IMG/VR virus record: IMGVR_UViG_3300019487_000004
Coordinates: 1 to 64,000 of that record
Reading direction: 5' to 3' (one strand)
Length of the DNA: 64,000 nucleotides
DNA from: a virus
Under the pieces are notes generated by a model. It ran no database searches. It saw nothing but the letters and a program-made list of their open reading frames with translations, and had not been told where the DNA came from. Made by a program: the position numbers and the translations under genes. The number at the start of each line of letters is the position of its first letter. Positions within the stretch are counted from its first letter, which is position 1. Shown piece by piece: positions 1 through 8,790 of this stretch.

Positions 1-1
1 G

Positions 2-586
2 CTGCACAAGCTCGACGAGGAGTACTACAACCGCACGCGCTCGCGTTGGAACGACGGCGACTACGACGTCACGCCGATCATGCGAGCGGGCGCGTTCATC
101 TACCTCAACAAGACCTGCTTCAATGGGCTCTATCGCGTCAACCTCGACGGCAAGTTCAACGTGCCCAAGGGCAAGTACAAGAACCCCGGCATCTGCAACG
201 AGAAGCTGCTCCGCGAGGCTGCGGTGGCACTATCGGGTGCGCAGATCCATGCAGGCGACTTCGTGGACGCGACGAATTACGCGGTCAAGGGCGACTTCGT
301 CTACTTCGATCCGCCTTACGTACCGGTGAGCAAGACCGCCAATTTCACGACGTACAACGAGGGCGGATTCGGTGTCACCGAGCAAGCCAAGCTCGCTGAT
401 CACGCCCGTGTACTCGCGCGTCGTGGCGTCAACGTCATGCTCTCGAACAGCAACACGCAGATCGTCCGCGAGCTGTACGAGGGGTTCCATCTTCACGAAG
501 TCGAAGCGCCGCGTGCGATCAACAGCAAGGCGACGGCTCGCGGCAAGGTGAAGGAACTGATCATCACCGGCTATAAGGTCCCGTGA
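2..586 (+). CDS. dam: DNA adenine methyltransferase, D12/Dam class (5' end outside window)
   Basis: Open from window edge in the frame of ORF 80..586. FNGLYR motif and catalytic FDPPYVP (DPPY) motif are typical of Dam-family N6-A MTases. Confidence 0.85.
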   Translation: MHKLDEEYYNRTRSRWNDGDYDVTPIMRAGAFIYLNKTCFNGLYRVNLDGKFNVPKGKYKNPGICNEKLLREAAVALSGAQIHAGDFVDATNYAVKGDFVYFDPPYVPVSKTANFTTYNEGGFGVTEQAKLADHARVLARRGVNVMLSNSNTQIVRELYEGFHLHEVEAPRAINSKATARGKVKELIITGYKVP

Positions 587-786
587 AGTCCGACATCGAC
601 CCAGACGACGAGATCGAAGTCGTCGACGAGAAGCACGGCCTCTACGGCCGCATCCGCATCCGCGAGCGCCAGGGCAAGGATAGGGCTGGTATCGTCAAAG
701 TGTCCATCTTTCTGACGCCACGACAGCTCGAAGAGCACGCCGCACAGTGCATTGCACTTGCGGCAGCCATGAAAGACCGCCGATGA
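583..786 (+). CDS. hypothetical protein (67 aa)
   Basis: GTGA start/stop overlap with upstream gene; high GC3; no motif recognised. Confidence 0.5.
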   Translation: MKSDIDPDDEIEVVDEKHGLYGRIRIRERQGKDRAGIVKVSIFLTPRQLEEHAAQCIALAAAMKDRR

Positions 787-1109
787 GCAAGCCACCACTT
801 CCGCCACCGTTGCATCAGCCCCTCGGCATCTACCGTCACTGCGGTGGCGGGGAATACCGTGTGCTCTTCACGATGCGTGACTCGACGAACGGGCCCGACG
901 AAGGCCGCACGCTGGTTTGCTACCTCTCGCTGACGACGGGACAGTTTCTTGCCCGCGAGCATTCGCAGTTCAACGAGTACGTCTACTACCACGGCGTCAC
1001 CGCAAAGGCCTATTCCGCCGCCGAGTACCTGCAGATGACCGAGCAAGGATCGTGGGCGTCGCACGAGTTTTCGTACTGTCGTAGGTTCGAGCTACAAAAA
1101 GCAGCATGA
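784..1109 (+). CDS. DUF1653-like protein
   Basis: Start trimmed to the ATG overlapping the upstream stop (ATGA). GIYRHCGGGEYRVL..LVCY core resembles the DUF1653 signature as I recall it. Confidence 0.55.
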
Positions 1110-1327
1110 CGATCAACGAGGGGCTGGAGCGGCTGCGCAAGCTCATGGCAAACGCGACCAGCCACATCGGCATGCAGCTCAGCGCGGACGGCCGGCTGAT
1201 GACGCAGCACTGCACGAAGTGTGGAGCACAGCTCGATACGAAGATGGAACTGAGCGCGGAGGGTGACGAGCGGATGTTTGTCGATCTCGAAACGTTTCAG
1301 CGCGATCATCAGCACAAGGAGCCGTAG
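1106..1327 (+). CDS. hypothetical protein (73 aa)
   Basis: ATGA overlap with upstream gene; single CTKCG motif only. Confidence 0.5.
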   Translation: MTINEGLERLRKLMANATSHIGMQLSADGRLMTQHCTKCGAQLDTKMELSAEGDERMFVDLETFQRDHQHKEP

Positions 1328-1699
1328 ATGTTCTTCATCGGTGCGAAGGAATGGCCCGGCATCAGCAAGCTCGTCGAGGAGATCGGCGAGGTTGGACAGG
1401 TCTGCGGCAAGCTTATGGGCGCGCAGGGAGAAGTCGAGCACTGGGACGGCTCGAACCTGCAGGACGAGCTGATCAATGAGATGGGTGACGTGCTCGCCGC
1501 GATCCAGTTCGTTACTGCGTACTGCGATCTCGACCCGCGCCTCGTGGCGCAACGCGCCGATATGAAGCTCGCGCTGTTCGAGAAGTGGCATCGCGAACAG
1601 ACGCATCCCAAACGCACCGAACGCCCCACCGACCCGCCACCGATCTGCACGGGATCACTCGTCCACGACGAGCACACACCTTGCCCCAAGCACGATTGA
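1328..1699 (+). CDS. MazG-like nucleoside triphosphate pyrophosphohydrolase
   Basis: Acidic helix pairs KLVEEIGEV and DELINEMGDVL fit the MazG EExxE/ExxD pattern. Starts 1 nt after the upstream stop. Confidence 0.6.
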   Translation: MFFIGAKEWPGISKLVEEIGEVGQVCGKLMGAQGEVEHWDGSNLQDELINEMGDVLAAIQFVTAYCDLDPRLVAQRADMKLALFEKWHREQTHPKRTERPTDPPPICTGSLVHDEHTPCPKHD

Positions 1700-1737
1700 T
1701 GAGCACGTCGTTACCACCCATCACTCGGGAGGTCGTC

Positions 1738-1884
1738 ATGGTTCAGGCTTGGTGGCAGGCACACGCGCTGGAATTCGTCATCACGGCGGTGCTGATCGTG
1801 CTCGGGTGGATCTTCTGGCTCGGTGATGCGCTGTCTTCGGCGTTCGCTGAGCGTCGCAAGAAGAAAGAGGATGGCATCCTATGA
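1738..1884 (+). CDS. small membrane protein (48 aa)
   Basis: ATG at 1738 preceded by GGGAGG. One hydrophobic helix (LEFVITAVLIVLGWIFWL) followed by a basic tail. Confidence 0.5.
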   Translation: MVQAWWQAHALEFVITAVLIVLGWIFWLGDALSSAFAERRKKKEDGIL

Positions 1885-2330
1885 ACCTCTGGCTCGTCGC
1901 AATCCGCGACAAGGAGATGCAGGGCGAGCCGAATGTCGCGTTCGCGGTCGTCGACGCGCGGAACGAGCAGGCCGCGATTGAGGCCGCTGAGCCGACGATC
2001 GAGCTGCTGCGTGACGCGGGGCGCTGCCGCTGCGTGCCGCACGTGATCGGTGCGACCGATCAGCCGTTCAAGCTCAACCATTTCTATCGGGTGACCCTGC
2101 TCAAGCCGCCGACGGACGAGGCGCTGCGTGGTGAGTTGCTCATGTTCGAGCGCAAGCTTGTAGACGTCGAAGCCAAGCTCGCGAACCTGGCAACGTTGCA
2201 TCAGCAGCTGCAGAAGCAAATGCAGGAACGTGTGCTCCGACCGATGACCGAAGACGAGGTCAAGGCGGCCCTTGAGAAGGGTAGCGAGGAGCGGCTGTTC
2301 GCCGAGAACATCAAGCCGGTCCGTCGATGA
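1881..2330 (+). CDS. hypothetical protein, coiled-coil-like C-terminus
   Basis: ATGA overlap; heptad-like LVDVEAKLANLATLHQQLQKQMQE. Confidence 0.55.
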   Translation: MNLWLVAIRDKEMQGEPNVAFAVVDARNEQAAIEAAEPTIELLRDAGRCRCVPHVIGATDQPFKLNHFYRVTLLKPPTDEALRGELLMFERKLVDVEAKLANLATLHQQLQKQMQERVLRPMTEDEVKAALEKGSEERLFAENIKPVRR

Positions 2331-2695
2331 TCGTCGACGACTGGCTACTCGACTTCGAGGAGTGCGTGCGCGACCGCGACTACGCGCGAGCACGGCTGAT
2401 GTTTCATCCGCACGTCATCGGCTTCGGTACGACAGGAGTCATCATGCTCGGACTCGATGCACTCGAAGCCGAGCAGTGGCGCAGGACATGGCCAATGACG
2501 ACGGACTTCACGTTCACGTCGGCACGCAAGCTGTCGCAGGATTACGGGTTCATGCTCGCGCTCACGCAGTGGAAATCGTTGCGCGTTGGCGGTGGCGTGC
2601 GTGCCGGCCGTGCCTCGATTCTGCTCAAGCCACGCGGCGAGTCATGGCTCGCGGTCCACACGCACTTCTCGCTCAATCCAGGAACGGTCGATTAG
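2327..2695 (+). CDS. NTF2/SnoaL-like fold protein (tentative)
   Basis: ATGA overlap. Size and pattern (DWLLDFEECV..., C-terminal W..H.HFS) resemble DUF4440/SnoaL-like proteins. Weak. Confidence 0.4.
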   Translation: MIVDDWLLDFEECVRDRDYARARLMFHPHVIGFGTTGVIMLGLDALEAEQWRRTWPMTTDFTFTSARKLSQDYGFMLALTQWKSLRVGGGVRAGRASILLKPRGESWLAVHTHFSLNPGTVD

Positions 2696-2723
2696 CTGAA
2701 TTCGATAGTGGTAGTGTCACCAC

Positions 2724-3830
2724 ATGGCCTCTCAGCTGATCCAGGTCTTGGAATTCACCAACGTGCCCGTGTCCGGCTCCTCGGCGCAGGCGCACAACAT
2801 CAACCTGGAAGGCTTGCAGGTGAAGCCCGACTTCGTCGCGTTCACCGCGGCGGGCTTCTCTGCCGTGGTGACTGATACGACCTGTACGGTCACCAACAAC
2901 GGTGAAGACACTGCATCGTGCTTCGTGTGGCTGGAACGGAAGCACTCGTCGCAGCGCGCCTTCGGAGGCGTCCAGAACACGAACCTCGTCCCACAACCGT
3001 TCTACTCCGTAGCTGGCGGCGGCGGCAGCGGTGGCGGTGGCGAGACCACCGTCTTTACGTTCCTGCCCGGTGGCGGTGGCGGCCCGCCGTTCGTGTTCGC
3101 CGACTTCGATGATCTGTACGCCGCGCTCGCCGCGGTCCGCGCGACGCAAAGTGGCTTCTTCACGATCGTCTTCAACGACACCTTTGAGCCCTGCGTGATT
3201 CCTGGGAACGCCTACAACATGGAGGGCGTCTCGTGGGTCGGCGCGAACGGGCCCGCGCTACTCGATCTCGTGACAGTCACTATCACCAACGAGGCGGCGA
3301 TCACGAACCTCATGAGCATCTGCGGGCTCAACCTGTTCAAGGAAGACGTCTCGGGCACACCACCGATCATCGTCAACAGCAACGGCATCCTCGCGATCGA
3401 GGCCTCGACGATCACGGGCGGCAACTGCGGCAGTGCCGGCGCGGAGGTCATCTCTCTTCCGGTGCCTATGGCAGGGAACTGCGCGTTGCGTATCGGGCCT
3501 CAGACTACGCTCAATGGCGGTGCGTTGCTGATCGCCCCCAACAATACGATCGTGATGTACCTCAACGGTGGCGCCATCAGCAGCGGCGCCATTGGTGGCG
3601 ATGCGACGACGGGCGTCAATCTGCAAGTAGTCGACGCAGCCGTGCAGCTGGTTAGTCAGGGTGCAATGGCGGGTACGATCTTGATCTATCAGTCGGTGCC
3701 GGTGTGGTGGTGGAATCAGGGTGATCCCAACCTGCTCGTGCAAGCCGAGCAGGGCTTCCGTCTCATCGATACCTCGACGGGCGACGAGTACAAGTGCGCG
3801 GGTGGACCGACGTGGGCGATCGTTCCCTAG
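2724..3830 (+). CDS. fibre-like protein, paralog 1 (shared N-domain, Gly linker, large repetitive C-domain)
   Basis: First ~95 aa about half identical by eye to 6980..7609 and 11505..12257 (LIQV..PDFVA..TVTNN..VWLE.KHS.QRAFGG). Followed by GGGGSGGGG and a G/N/T/I-rich C-domain. Confidence 0.6.
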   Translation: MASQLIQVLEFTNVPVSGSSAQAHNINLEGLQVKPDFVAFTAAGFSAVVTDTTCTVTNNGEDTASCFVWLERKHSSQRAFGGVQNTNLVPQPFYSVAGGGGSGGGGETTVFTFLPGGGGGPPFVFADFDDLYAALAAVRATQSGFFTIVFNDTFEPCVIPGNAYNMEGVSWVGANGPALLDLVTVTITNEAAITNLMSICGLNLFKEDVSGTPPIIVNSNGILAIEASTITGGNCGSAGAEVISLPVPMAGNCALRIGPQTTLNGGALLIAPNNTIVMYLNGGAISSGAIGGDATTGVNLQVVDAAVQLVSQGAMAGTILIYQSVPVWWWNQGDPNLLVQAEQGFRLIDTSTGDEYKCAGGPTWAIVP

Positions 3831-4150
3831 CGCTCGCATTTCCGACGATTGTCGTGAACGTCCACCGTTCACTTGATGTCGTCGAGCTGGCGAAACAGCA
3901 GGGCCGCCTCGTGATGGTCGACCGCTCGTCGATCTGGGGCAATCCGTTCTCCCACAAGATGGGCACGCTCGCGAAGTATCGAGTCGGCACGCGCGAGGAA
4001 GCGATTGCGCGATACGACGAGTGGCTGTCGGCACAACCACAGCTCCTCGCGCAATTGCCGACGCTGCGAGGCAAAGTGCTTGGCTGTCACTGCCTGCCGA
4101 TGCGCTGCCACGCGCTCTGCATCGCTCGCCGCGTCCACGCGCTTGCTTGA
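3794..4150 (+). CDS. DUF4326-like protein (start uncertain)
   Basis: RSSIWGNPF...AIARYDEWL...GKVLGCHCLP..CH matches the DUF4326 pattern as I recall it. The track ORF overlaps the upstream gene by 37 nt, so GTG 3812 or 3854 are alternative starts. Confidence 0.55.
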   Translation: MRGWTDVGDRSLALAFPTIVVNVHRSLDVVELAKQQGRLVMVDRSSIWGNPFSHKMGTLAKYRVGTREEAIARYDEWLSAQPQLLAQLPTLRGKVLGCHCLPMRCHALCIARRVHALA

Positions 4151-4208
4151 CGCTGAGATTCCGCTATGGGACGCTTCCTTCACAACCACCCACCACGGGA
4201 GAAATCAG

Positions 4209-4301
4209 ATGGCAAAGCGTAAGTGCAAGTTCGGTGTTGCGAAGCGCGGCAAGCGCAAGGGTCAGTGCCTCAAGAGCAAGCGCGCCCGCAAGCGTCGCTA
4301 A
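4209..4301 (+). CDS. 30-aa polybasic peptide (MAKRKCKF...KRARKRR)
   Basis: ATG preceded by GGGAGAA; in frame inside ORF 4005..4301; 16 of 30 residues are K/R. Confidence 0.4.
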   Translation: MAKRKCKFGVAKRGKRKGQCLKSKRARKRR

Positions 4302-4398
4302 CCGAACGCGATGATCGCCGTCGAGAGCATCTCCCGTGAGGTAGCGCTCGACGGCGATTTCGTTTCTACGCACTACCACCACTGACCGCGAGGCTTCG

Positions 4399-4701
4399 AT
4401 GCATGTTCTGAAAAACTACGATCAGGTCGGCGTTTGGGATCCGACGGACCCGTCGATCCGCATGCGCGAGGTCTACACGGGCATCCCCGGCGGCTACGGC
4501 TCCTTCTACTGGAAGACGTCGCCGTCAGATGCGCAGCTCAAGGGCCTCGGCACCGGAGGCTGGACGGGCCTTCCGTCGTGGGCGCAGCTCGGCATCATCG
4601 CCGCGAGCGCTGTCGGCATCGGCTACTTCGGCTGGAGCAAATTCGGCGCGCCGATCAAGCAGAAGCTCGGCCTCTCGGGCGCTCGTCGTCGGAGGCGCTA
4701 G
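4399..4701 (+). CDS. small membrane protein with C-terminal LSGARRRRR tail
   Basis: One TM helix (LGIIAASAVGIGYFGW). Terminal CGG AGG codons form the GGAGG for the next gene. Confidence 0.6.
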   Translation: MHVLKNYDQVGVWDPTDPSIRMREVYTGIPGGYGSFYWKTSPSDAQLKGLGTGGWTGLPSWAQLGIIAASAVGIGYFGWSKFGAPIKQKLGLSGARRRRR

Positions 4702-4703
4702 TC

Positions 4704-4895
4704 GTGGCCAAGGCCAAGTGCTCCGTCGAATTCATCACGGGCAGGGGCGGCCCAGCGGCCATCCTCTACTCGAAGGATGGTCGCGCGATCAACGCGATCA
4801 ACTATCCGCGCGACACGCAGTTCACGCCCGCGAAGAAGCGCGAAGCCCGTAGCAGGCTGATGCGCGGCTGCGCTGAGCTGTCGCGGAGGCGATAG
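4704..4895 (+). CDS. small basic protein ending ELSRRR
   Basis: GTG start 2 nt after the upstream TAG and downstream of GGAGG; in frame within ORF 4434..4895. Confidence 0.5.
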   Translation: MAKAKCSVEFITGRGGPAAILYSKDGRAINAINYPRDTQFTPAKKREARSRLMRGCAELSRRR

Positions 4896-4898
4896 CTC

Positions 4899-5189
4899 GT
4901 GGCGCTCATCATGGGCCTCTCGGGATACCGCGGCGGCCCATCGCTGATGGGCATCCGTGGCATCGGTGTGTCCGCGCCGCTCCGCGCGACGACGCTCGCC
5001 GGTCTTCACGGCGCAGGCGACATCATCAAAGCACACCCGCTGCTCGTCATCCTCGCACTCGGCATCGGCGGTTACATCGCCGATCGCCGCAGTGAGGGTA
5101 AGCCGCTCGTTCCCAGCGCATGGGGCGAACAACGCATGTCCCACGCTCGCGCGAAGTCGCTCCACGGCCCGCGCCGACGGAGGCGCTAG
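4899..5189 (+). CDS. small membrane protein ending HGPRRRRR
   Basis: GTG start after GGAGG; TM helix (HPLLVILALGIGGYIA); polyarginine C-terminus. Confidence 0.55.
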   Translation: MALIMGLSGYRGGPSLMGIRGIGVSAPLRATTLAGLHGAGDIIKAHPLLVILALGIGGYIADRRSEGKPLVPSAWGEQRMSHARAKSLHGPRRRRR

Positions 5190-5191
5190 TC

Positions 5192-5512
5192 ATGGCGCGT
5201 GATCACGTTTCGCTGATCGTCAAAGGCCCTGTGAAGAGCGCGCGGCGCGCGGCTTCACGTCGAGGCATCAACACGGTCAGCTGTCGCGCCGTCGGTGGTG
5301 ACGTCCAGTGCTACGCGCCCTGCTCGATGAAGGTCGAGGCCAAGGTGACGAAGTGGTACCACGAGCGCTCGCGCGTCAAGGCGGGCCGTGGTCATCCGCC
5401 GGGCACGCTGCTCTACTACGCGGGTTCGTGCGTGCGCAAAGACTACAAGGTCGGCGACCCGCGCAAGACGGGCAGCCTCACAGGCGCCTCGCGCCGTCGA
5501 CGAAGGAAATGA
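5192..5512 (+). CDS. small basic protein ending TGASRRRRRK
   Basis: ATG 2 nt after the upstream TAG, GGAGG upstream; in frame within ORF 5120..5512. Confidence 0.6.
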   Translation: MARDHVSLIVKGPVKSARRAASRRGINTVSCRAVGGDVQCYAPCSMKVEAKVTKWYHERSRVKAGRGHPPGTLLYYAGSCVRKDYKVGDPRKTGSLTGASRRRRRK

Positions 5513-5514
5513 TC

Positions 5515-5811
5515 ATGGCACGTCACGACGATTGGCTACGCTCAGCTGAGAAAAACTTCGCGAGCATCCTCGGCCGCAAACGCCGCTCGAACCCCTGCTC
5601 GCTGATCGGTCACTACACGGACGTCGCCGCCGAAGCGACTGCCGCCGAAGCCCTGGCCGCCGAAGCTGGCGTCAACGGCGTCGCGACGCGTGCTTCCAAA
5701 CTCGCGAGCACAGCCACTCGTGCACAACGCGGTGCGGTCGAAGCCTGCCGGCGCGGCATCATCCCGATGGTCCAGAAGCCGCTCAGCGGCGCTCGCCGTC
5801 GCCGTCGGTAG
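5515..5811 (+). CDS. small protein ending LSGARRRRR
   Basis: ATG after GAAGGAAA; C-terminal nonapeptide identical to that of 4399..4701. Confidence 0.6.
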   Translation: MARHDDWLRSAEKNFASILGRKRRSNPCSLIGHYTDVAAEATAAEALAAEAGVNGVATRASKLASTATRAQRGAVEACRRGIIPMVQKPLSGARRRRR

Positions 5812-6101
5812 TGGCGCGGCGTCGCAAATACGTCGGGCAGTGCGATCTCGTTCGACGCAAAGGCGCGGACAACGAGACCAAGTGGCAGGCCATGATGGGC
5901 TGCGCCGAGCCTGTGTCGTTCGGTGAGCTACTCGACAACATCGATATCTCGCCACTACTCGACGACGGCGAGACCGAGCGAGAATGGCTCGCGAACGCGC
6001 GGCAATCGGATCCAACGACGGGCGCATTCCGGTCGTGGTGGGGCCCCGAGCGGTGCTGGTTCATCCAGACCGCAGGGTACGAGTTCATCTTCCTCGATTA
6101 A
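5811..6101 (+). CDS. hypothetical protein with basic N-terminus (ARRRK) and acidic centre
   Basis: GTG overlapping the upstream TAG (TAGTG); high GC3. Confidence 0.5.
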   Translation: MARRRKYVGQCDLVRRKGADNETKWQAMMGCAEPVSFGELLDNIDISPLLDDGETEREWLANARQSDPTTGAFRSWWGPERCWFIQTAGYEFIFLD

Positions 6102-6133
6102 CACCAGCATTCGAGCCGTGTAAGCTCGGTGGC

Positions 6134-6361
6134 ATGGCGAAGAAGACGAGGTTCCGGCAACTCTCCGAGGACGCGCGAGGCAAAGGCCTCTACGTCGCGA
6201 AGTATTCGCCAGGTGATGGCATCACGCGCTATCGATTTTTCGACAAGCCGGACAACACCTACTTCGGGCCGGACAACGGTGTCTGCACCGCACTCGGCCT
6301 CAAGGCCGCAAAGAAGTTCTTGGCGACGGGGAAATGCCCTCGTAGCAGGAAGGGTCACTAG
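6134..6361 (+). CDS. small basic protein (MAKKTRF...)
   Basis: ATG in frame within ORF 5984..6361; same-strand packing. Confidence 0.5.
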   Translation: MAKKTRFRQLSEDARGKGLYVAKYSPGDGITRYRFFDKPDNTYFGPDNGVCTALGLKAAKKFLATGKCPRSRKGH

Positions 6362-6363
6362 TC

Positions 6364-6630
6364 GTGTCGAAGCTTCCCAAGGCCAACATCCACTGGAAGG
6401 CGATCCCGAAGAACGCGTGCATCGAGGATCGCGGCAGCGTCTACGTCGCACACGTCAACGGCAAGCCGGCCGTTGTGAATTGGGGCAGCCAGGACGCGCG
6501 GCAGGCGCAGGCGACGCTGTGGGCGCTCTCGAATGACAGCGCGAATCAGCGCCGCTGTGGTGACCTCTTCCGCAAGACGCGTCCACTCCCCGGTCTTGGC
6601 CGCGCCCGTCGCAAGCGTCGGAGGAAATAA
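6364..6630 (+). CDS. small protein ending LGRARRKRRRK
   Basis: GTG 2 nt after the upstream TAG. Terminal CGG AGG AAA supplies the Shine-Dalgarno of the next gene. Confidence 0.55.
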   Translation: MSKLPKANIHWKAIPKNACIEDRGSVYVAHVNGKPAVVNWGSQDARQAQATLWALSNDSANQRRCGDLFRKTRPLPGLGRARRKRRRK

Positions 6631-6632
6631 GC

Positions 6633-6977
6633 ATGTCGCGCGATCCCGAAACCATCCTGCTGTGCGCACTTCGCTTCTGGAGCGGCGCCGGTCAGGGCAA
6701 ACCAAGCCTGACGCCGACGCTACGCAGAGGCGTGCGCCACGTCGCTCGTAAGCAAGGCATCAGCCCGCGCGATCTCGACAAGGCCGAGCGCCAGCTCGTC
6801 AAGGGTGGCCTCGTGACGAAGCCCCGCAAGGGCACGCTTGCGCTCACCGAGAAGGGCCGCACCGTCACCAATTCTCACTGCCGCCGCATCGAGTTGGCAC
6901 CGTGGGATTGGAAGGCGACCTATCAGGATCCGCCGGGGCAGCTCGATGGCCGTCGTGCGAAGAAACGGAGGAAATAG
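6633..6977 (+). CDS. small basic protein, winged-helix-like, ending LDGRRAKKRRK
   Basis: ATG after GGAGGAAA. LVKGGLVTKPRKGTLALTEKG resembles a wHTH wing. Weak. Confidence 0.55.
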   Translation: MSRDPETILLCALRFWSGAGQGKPSLTPTLRRGVRHVARKQGISPRDLDKAERQLVKGGLVTKPRKGTLALTEKGRTVTNSHCRRIELAPWDWKATYQDPPGQLDGRRAKKRRK

Positions 6978-6979
6978 TC

Positions 6980-7609
6980 ATGGCCGATCAGCTGATTCAG
7001 GTGGTCGCGTTTACGTCGGTGGCTGCAGCGGGCACGGTGTCGCTGCCACACAATATCAACATCGCGGGTGTCCCGCAGACACCGGATTTCGTCGCAGCGA
7101 ATACGGCGGGCTTCACAGTCACCGCAAGCTCGACCGAGGTCACGGTCACCAACAACAACGACGCGCCAGCAAACGTGAGCGTGTGGCTCGAATTGAAGCA
7201 TTCGATCCAGCGCGCATTCGGTGGTGCGCAGAACACGAGCCTGAGCCCACGCCCGTTCGTCGCGTCGGGTGGCGGTACCGGCGGGGGCGGCGGTGGCTCC
7301 CCGCTGTTTCCCATCGATCCGACGGTGCACGACGGAGACTTCACGGCGACCGCGTTGTTCGTGAATCTCGTCTCGACGCTGCTCGTGAATCCGACGGTGA
7401 CATTGCCGCCCGCCGCGAGCGTCAGCAACGGCGATTGGTGCGTGGTCAAGAAGTTCCTTGGTGACGCGGGTGAATCGAGCGTCGCCGTTGCGCCGTCGGG
7501 TGGCGACACGATCAGCGGCGACGTTAATTACATCCCCGCGCGATCATCGGGCCTCTACGTCTCGGACGGCGTCGATACGTGGGTTGTTGTTGCCGCCTTC
7601 GTGAACTAG
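6980..7609 (+). CDS. fibre-like protein, paralog 2
   Basis: ATG after GGAGGAAA. N-domain homologous to 2724..3830 and 11505..12257, then GGGTGGGGGG linker and a distinct ~110-aa C-domain. Confidence 0.6.
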   Translation: MADQLIQVVAFTSVAAAGTVSLPHNINIAGVPQTPDFVAANTAGFTVTASSTEVTVTNNNDAPANVSVWLELKHSIQRAFGGAQNTSLSPRPFVASGGGTGGGGGGSPLFPIDPTVHDGDFTATALFVNLVSTLLVNPTVTLPPAASVSNGDWCVVKKFLGDAGESSVAVAPSGGDTISGDVNYIPARSSGLYVSDGVDTWVVVAAFVN

Positions 7610-7611
7610 CC

Positions 7612-7971
7612 ATGGCGAAGGACTGCTCTGCCCGCGCTCGCCGTCGGGCCCACGATCGTGGGCTTGTCACGTTCGCAGCGTTCAACCGCACGTGCAAGCG
7701 ACCGGGCGGCAAGCCCCGCAAGCGGGGCGTGTTCAAGAAGTGCAAGGTCGGCATGCAGGCGCAGTCGGTCGTGTTCTCGACGGCGAGGTACTCCGAGAAG
7801 CGGGCCAAGCAGTGGCTGCGCGATCATCGGCTGACGATCAAGAAGATCGATCGCAACGCAACGCAGCTGCGGTTCCGCCAGTTCTCACCGTCGCGCTGCA
7901 AGGCGGGGCAGTACGCATCGATCCCGATGGGCAAGACCGGAATCCGCAAGATCATCTGCTGCCCGAAATAG
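7612..7971 (+). CDS. basic hypothetical protein (MAKDCSARARRR...)
   Basis: ATG 2 nt after the upstream TAG; in frame within ORF 7579..7971. Confidence 0.55.
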   Translation: MAKDCSARARRRAHDRGLVTFAAFNRTCKRPGGKPRKRGVFKKCKVGMQAQSVVFSTARYSEKRAKQWLRDHRLTIKKIDRNATQLRFRQFSPSRCKAGQYASIPMGKTGIRKIICCPK

Positions 7972-7991
7972 GGCTCTGATAGGCTCGGGGC

Positions 7992-8249
7992 ATGGCCAAG
8001 AAGCGCTTCAAGCCGTCAGCTAAACAGATCTGCATGGCGGTGACCGCTGATTCAGGCGGACGCATTCACACCAGCGATCTCAGCTATTACGGCGGGCGCG
8101 GCATGCGTCCATGGTTGGAGAAGCACGGGCACATCAAGCCCGCGGGTGGAGCCTTCTACTACCTCACGCGCAAGGGCAAGAAGCTCGGCGATAGCGCGTG
8201 CAATGTTGACTTCGGCCTGACCTCGAAGGGCACGCGGAGGAAGCGCTAA
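7992..8249 (+). CDS. small basic protein ending GTRRKR
   Basis: Track ORF; MAKKRFK N-terminus; terminal CGG AGG AAG CGC TAATG junction. Confidence 0.55.
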   Translation: MAKKRFKPSAKQICMAVTADSGGRIHTSDLSYYGGRGMRPWLEKHGHIKPAGGAFYYLTRKGKKLGDSACNVDFGLTSKGTRRKR

Positions 8250-8470
8250 TGGCGAAACGACACAAACGACGTAGTGGACTCGGCGGACTCGTCGACACGA
8301 TCAGGCCTGGCTGCATCGTCACGATTGTGACGCCGCACGGCCAGCAGCGTACGGGTCGCGCGGTGATGCGCGGTCCGCATGGCTGGGTGCTCAACCTCGG
8401 TGGCAAACACGGCACGCCGGGCATCGCGAGCGACTCCAACATCGTCCGTGTTCGCTGCAAGACGAGGTAA
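8249..8470 (+). CDS. small basic protein (MAKRHKRR...)
   Basis: TAATG overlap with the upstream gene. Confidence 0.55.
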   Translation: MAKRHKRRSGLGGLVDTIRPGCIVTIVTPHGQQRTGRAVMRGPHGWVLNLGGKHGTPGIASDSNIVRVRCKTR

Positions 8471-8475
8471 CGACG

Positions 8476-8790
8476 ATGGCACGTGAATACCCGCCCCTCC
8501 CGAAGAGCGCCTGCAAGTGGAGCCAGAGCGCGAGCTACCGCATTCGCCAGGCGCTCGGGCTCAAGGCCGACAAGATCCCGAAGAACATGCACGGCCGATT
8601 CAAGGTCGATGGCTACACGGTCATCGTGAAGCGCCACGAGGCAGGCCAGCGCGGCACGGGCAAGCACCGCATCTTCATCGATCACGGTGGTCGTGAGATC
8701 CCGATCGGCCGCATGTATCAGGCGCTCTGCAAGCCCTATCAAATGCGCTACCGCCGTCGCCAGCAGAAGCGCGGCCGTCCGGGGTACTAG
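8476..8790 (+). CDS. small basic protein
   Basis: Track ORF; same-strand packing; basic C-terminus RYRRRQQKRGRPGY. Confidence 0.55.
   Translation: MAREYPPLPKSACKWSQSASYRIRQALGLKADKIPKNMHGRFKVDGYTVIVKRHEAGQRGTGKHRIFIDHGGREIPIGRMYQALCKPYQMRYRRRQQKRGRPGY

Noticed and set aside
3010-3090. GGC/GGT runs (also near 7265-7300 and 11785-11830) as simple-sequence repeats.
   Set aside because: They encode the poly-Gly linkers of the three fibre-like paralogs at equivalent positions. They are coding, not intergenic repeats.
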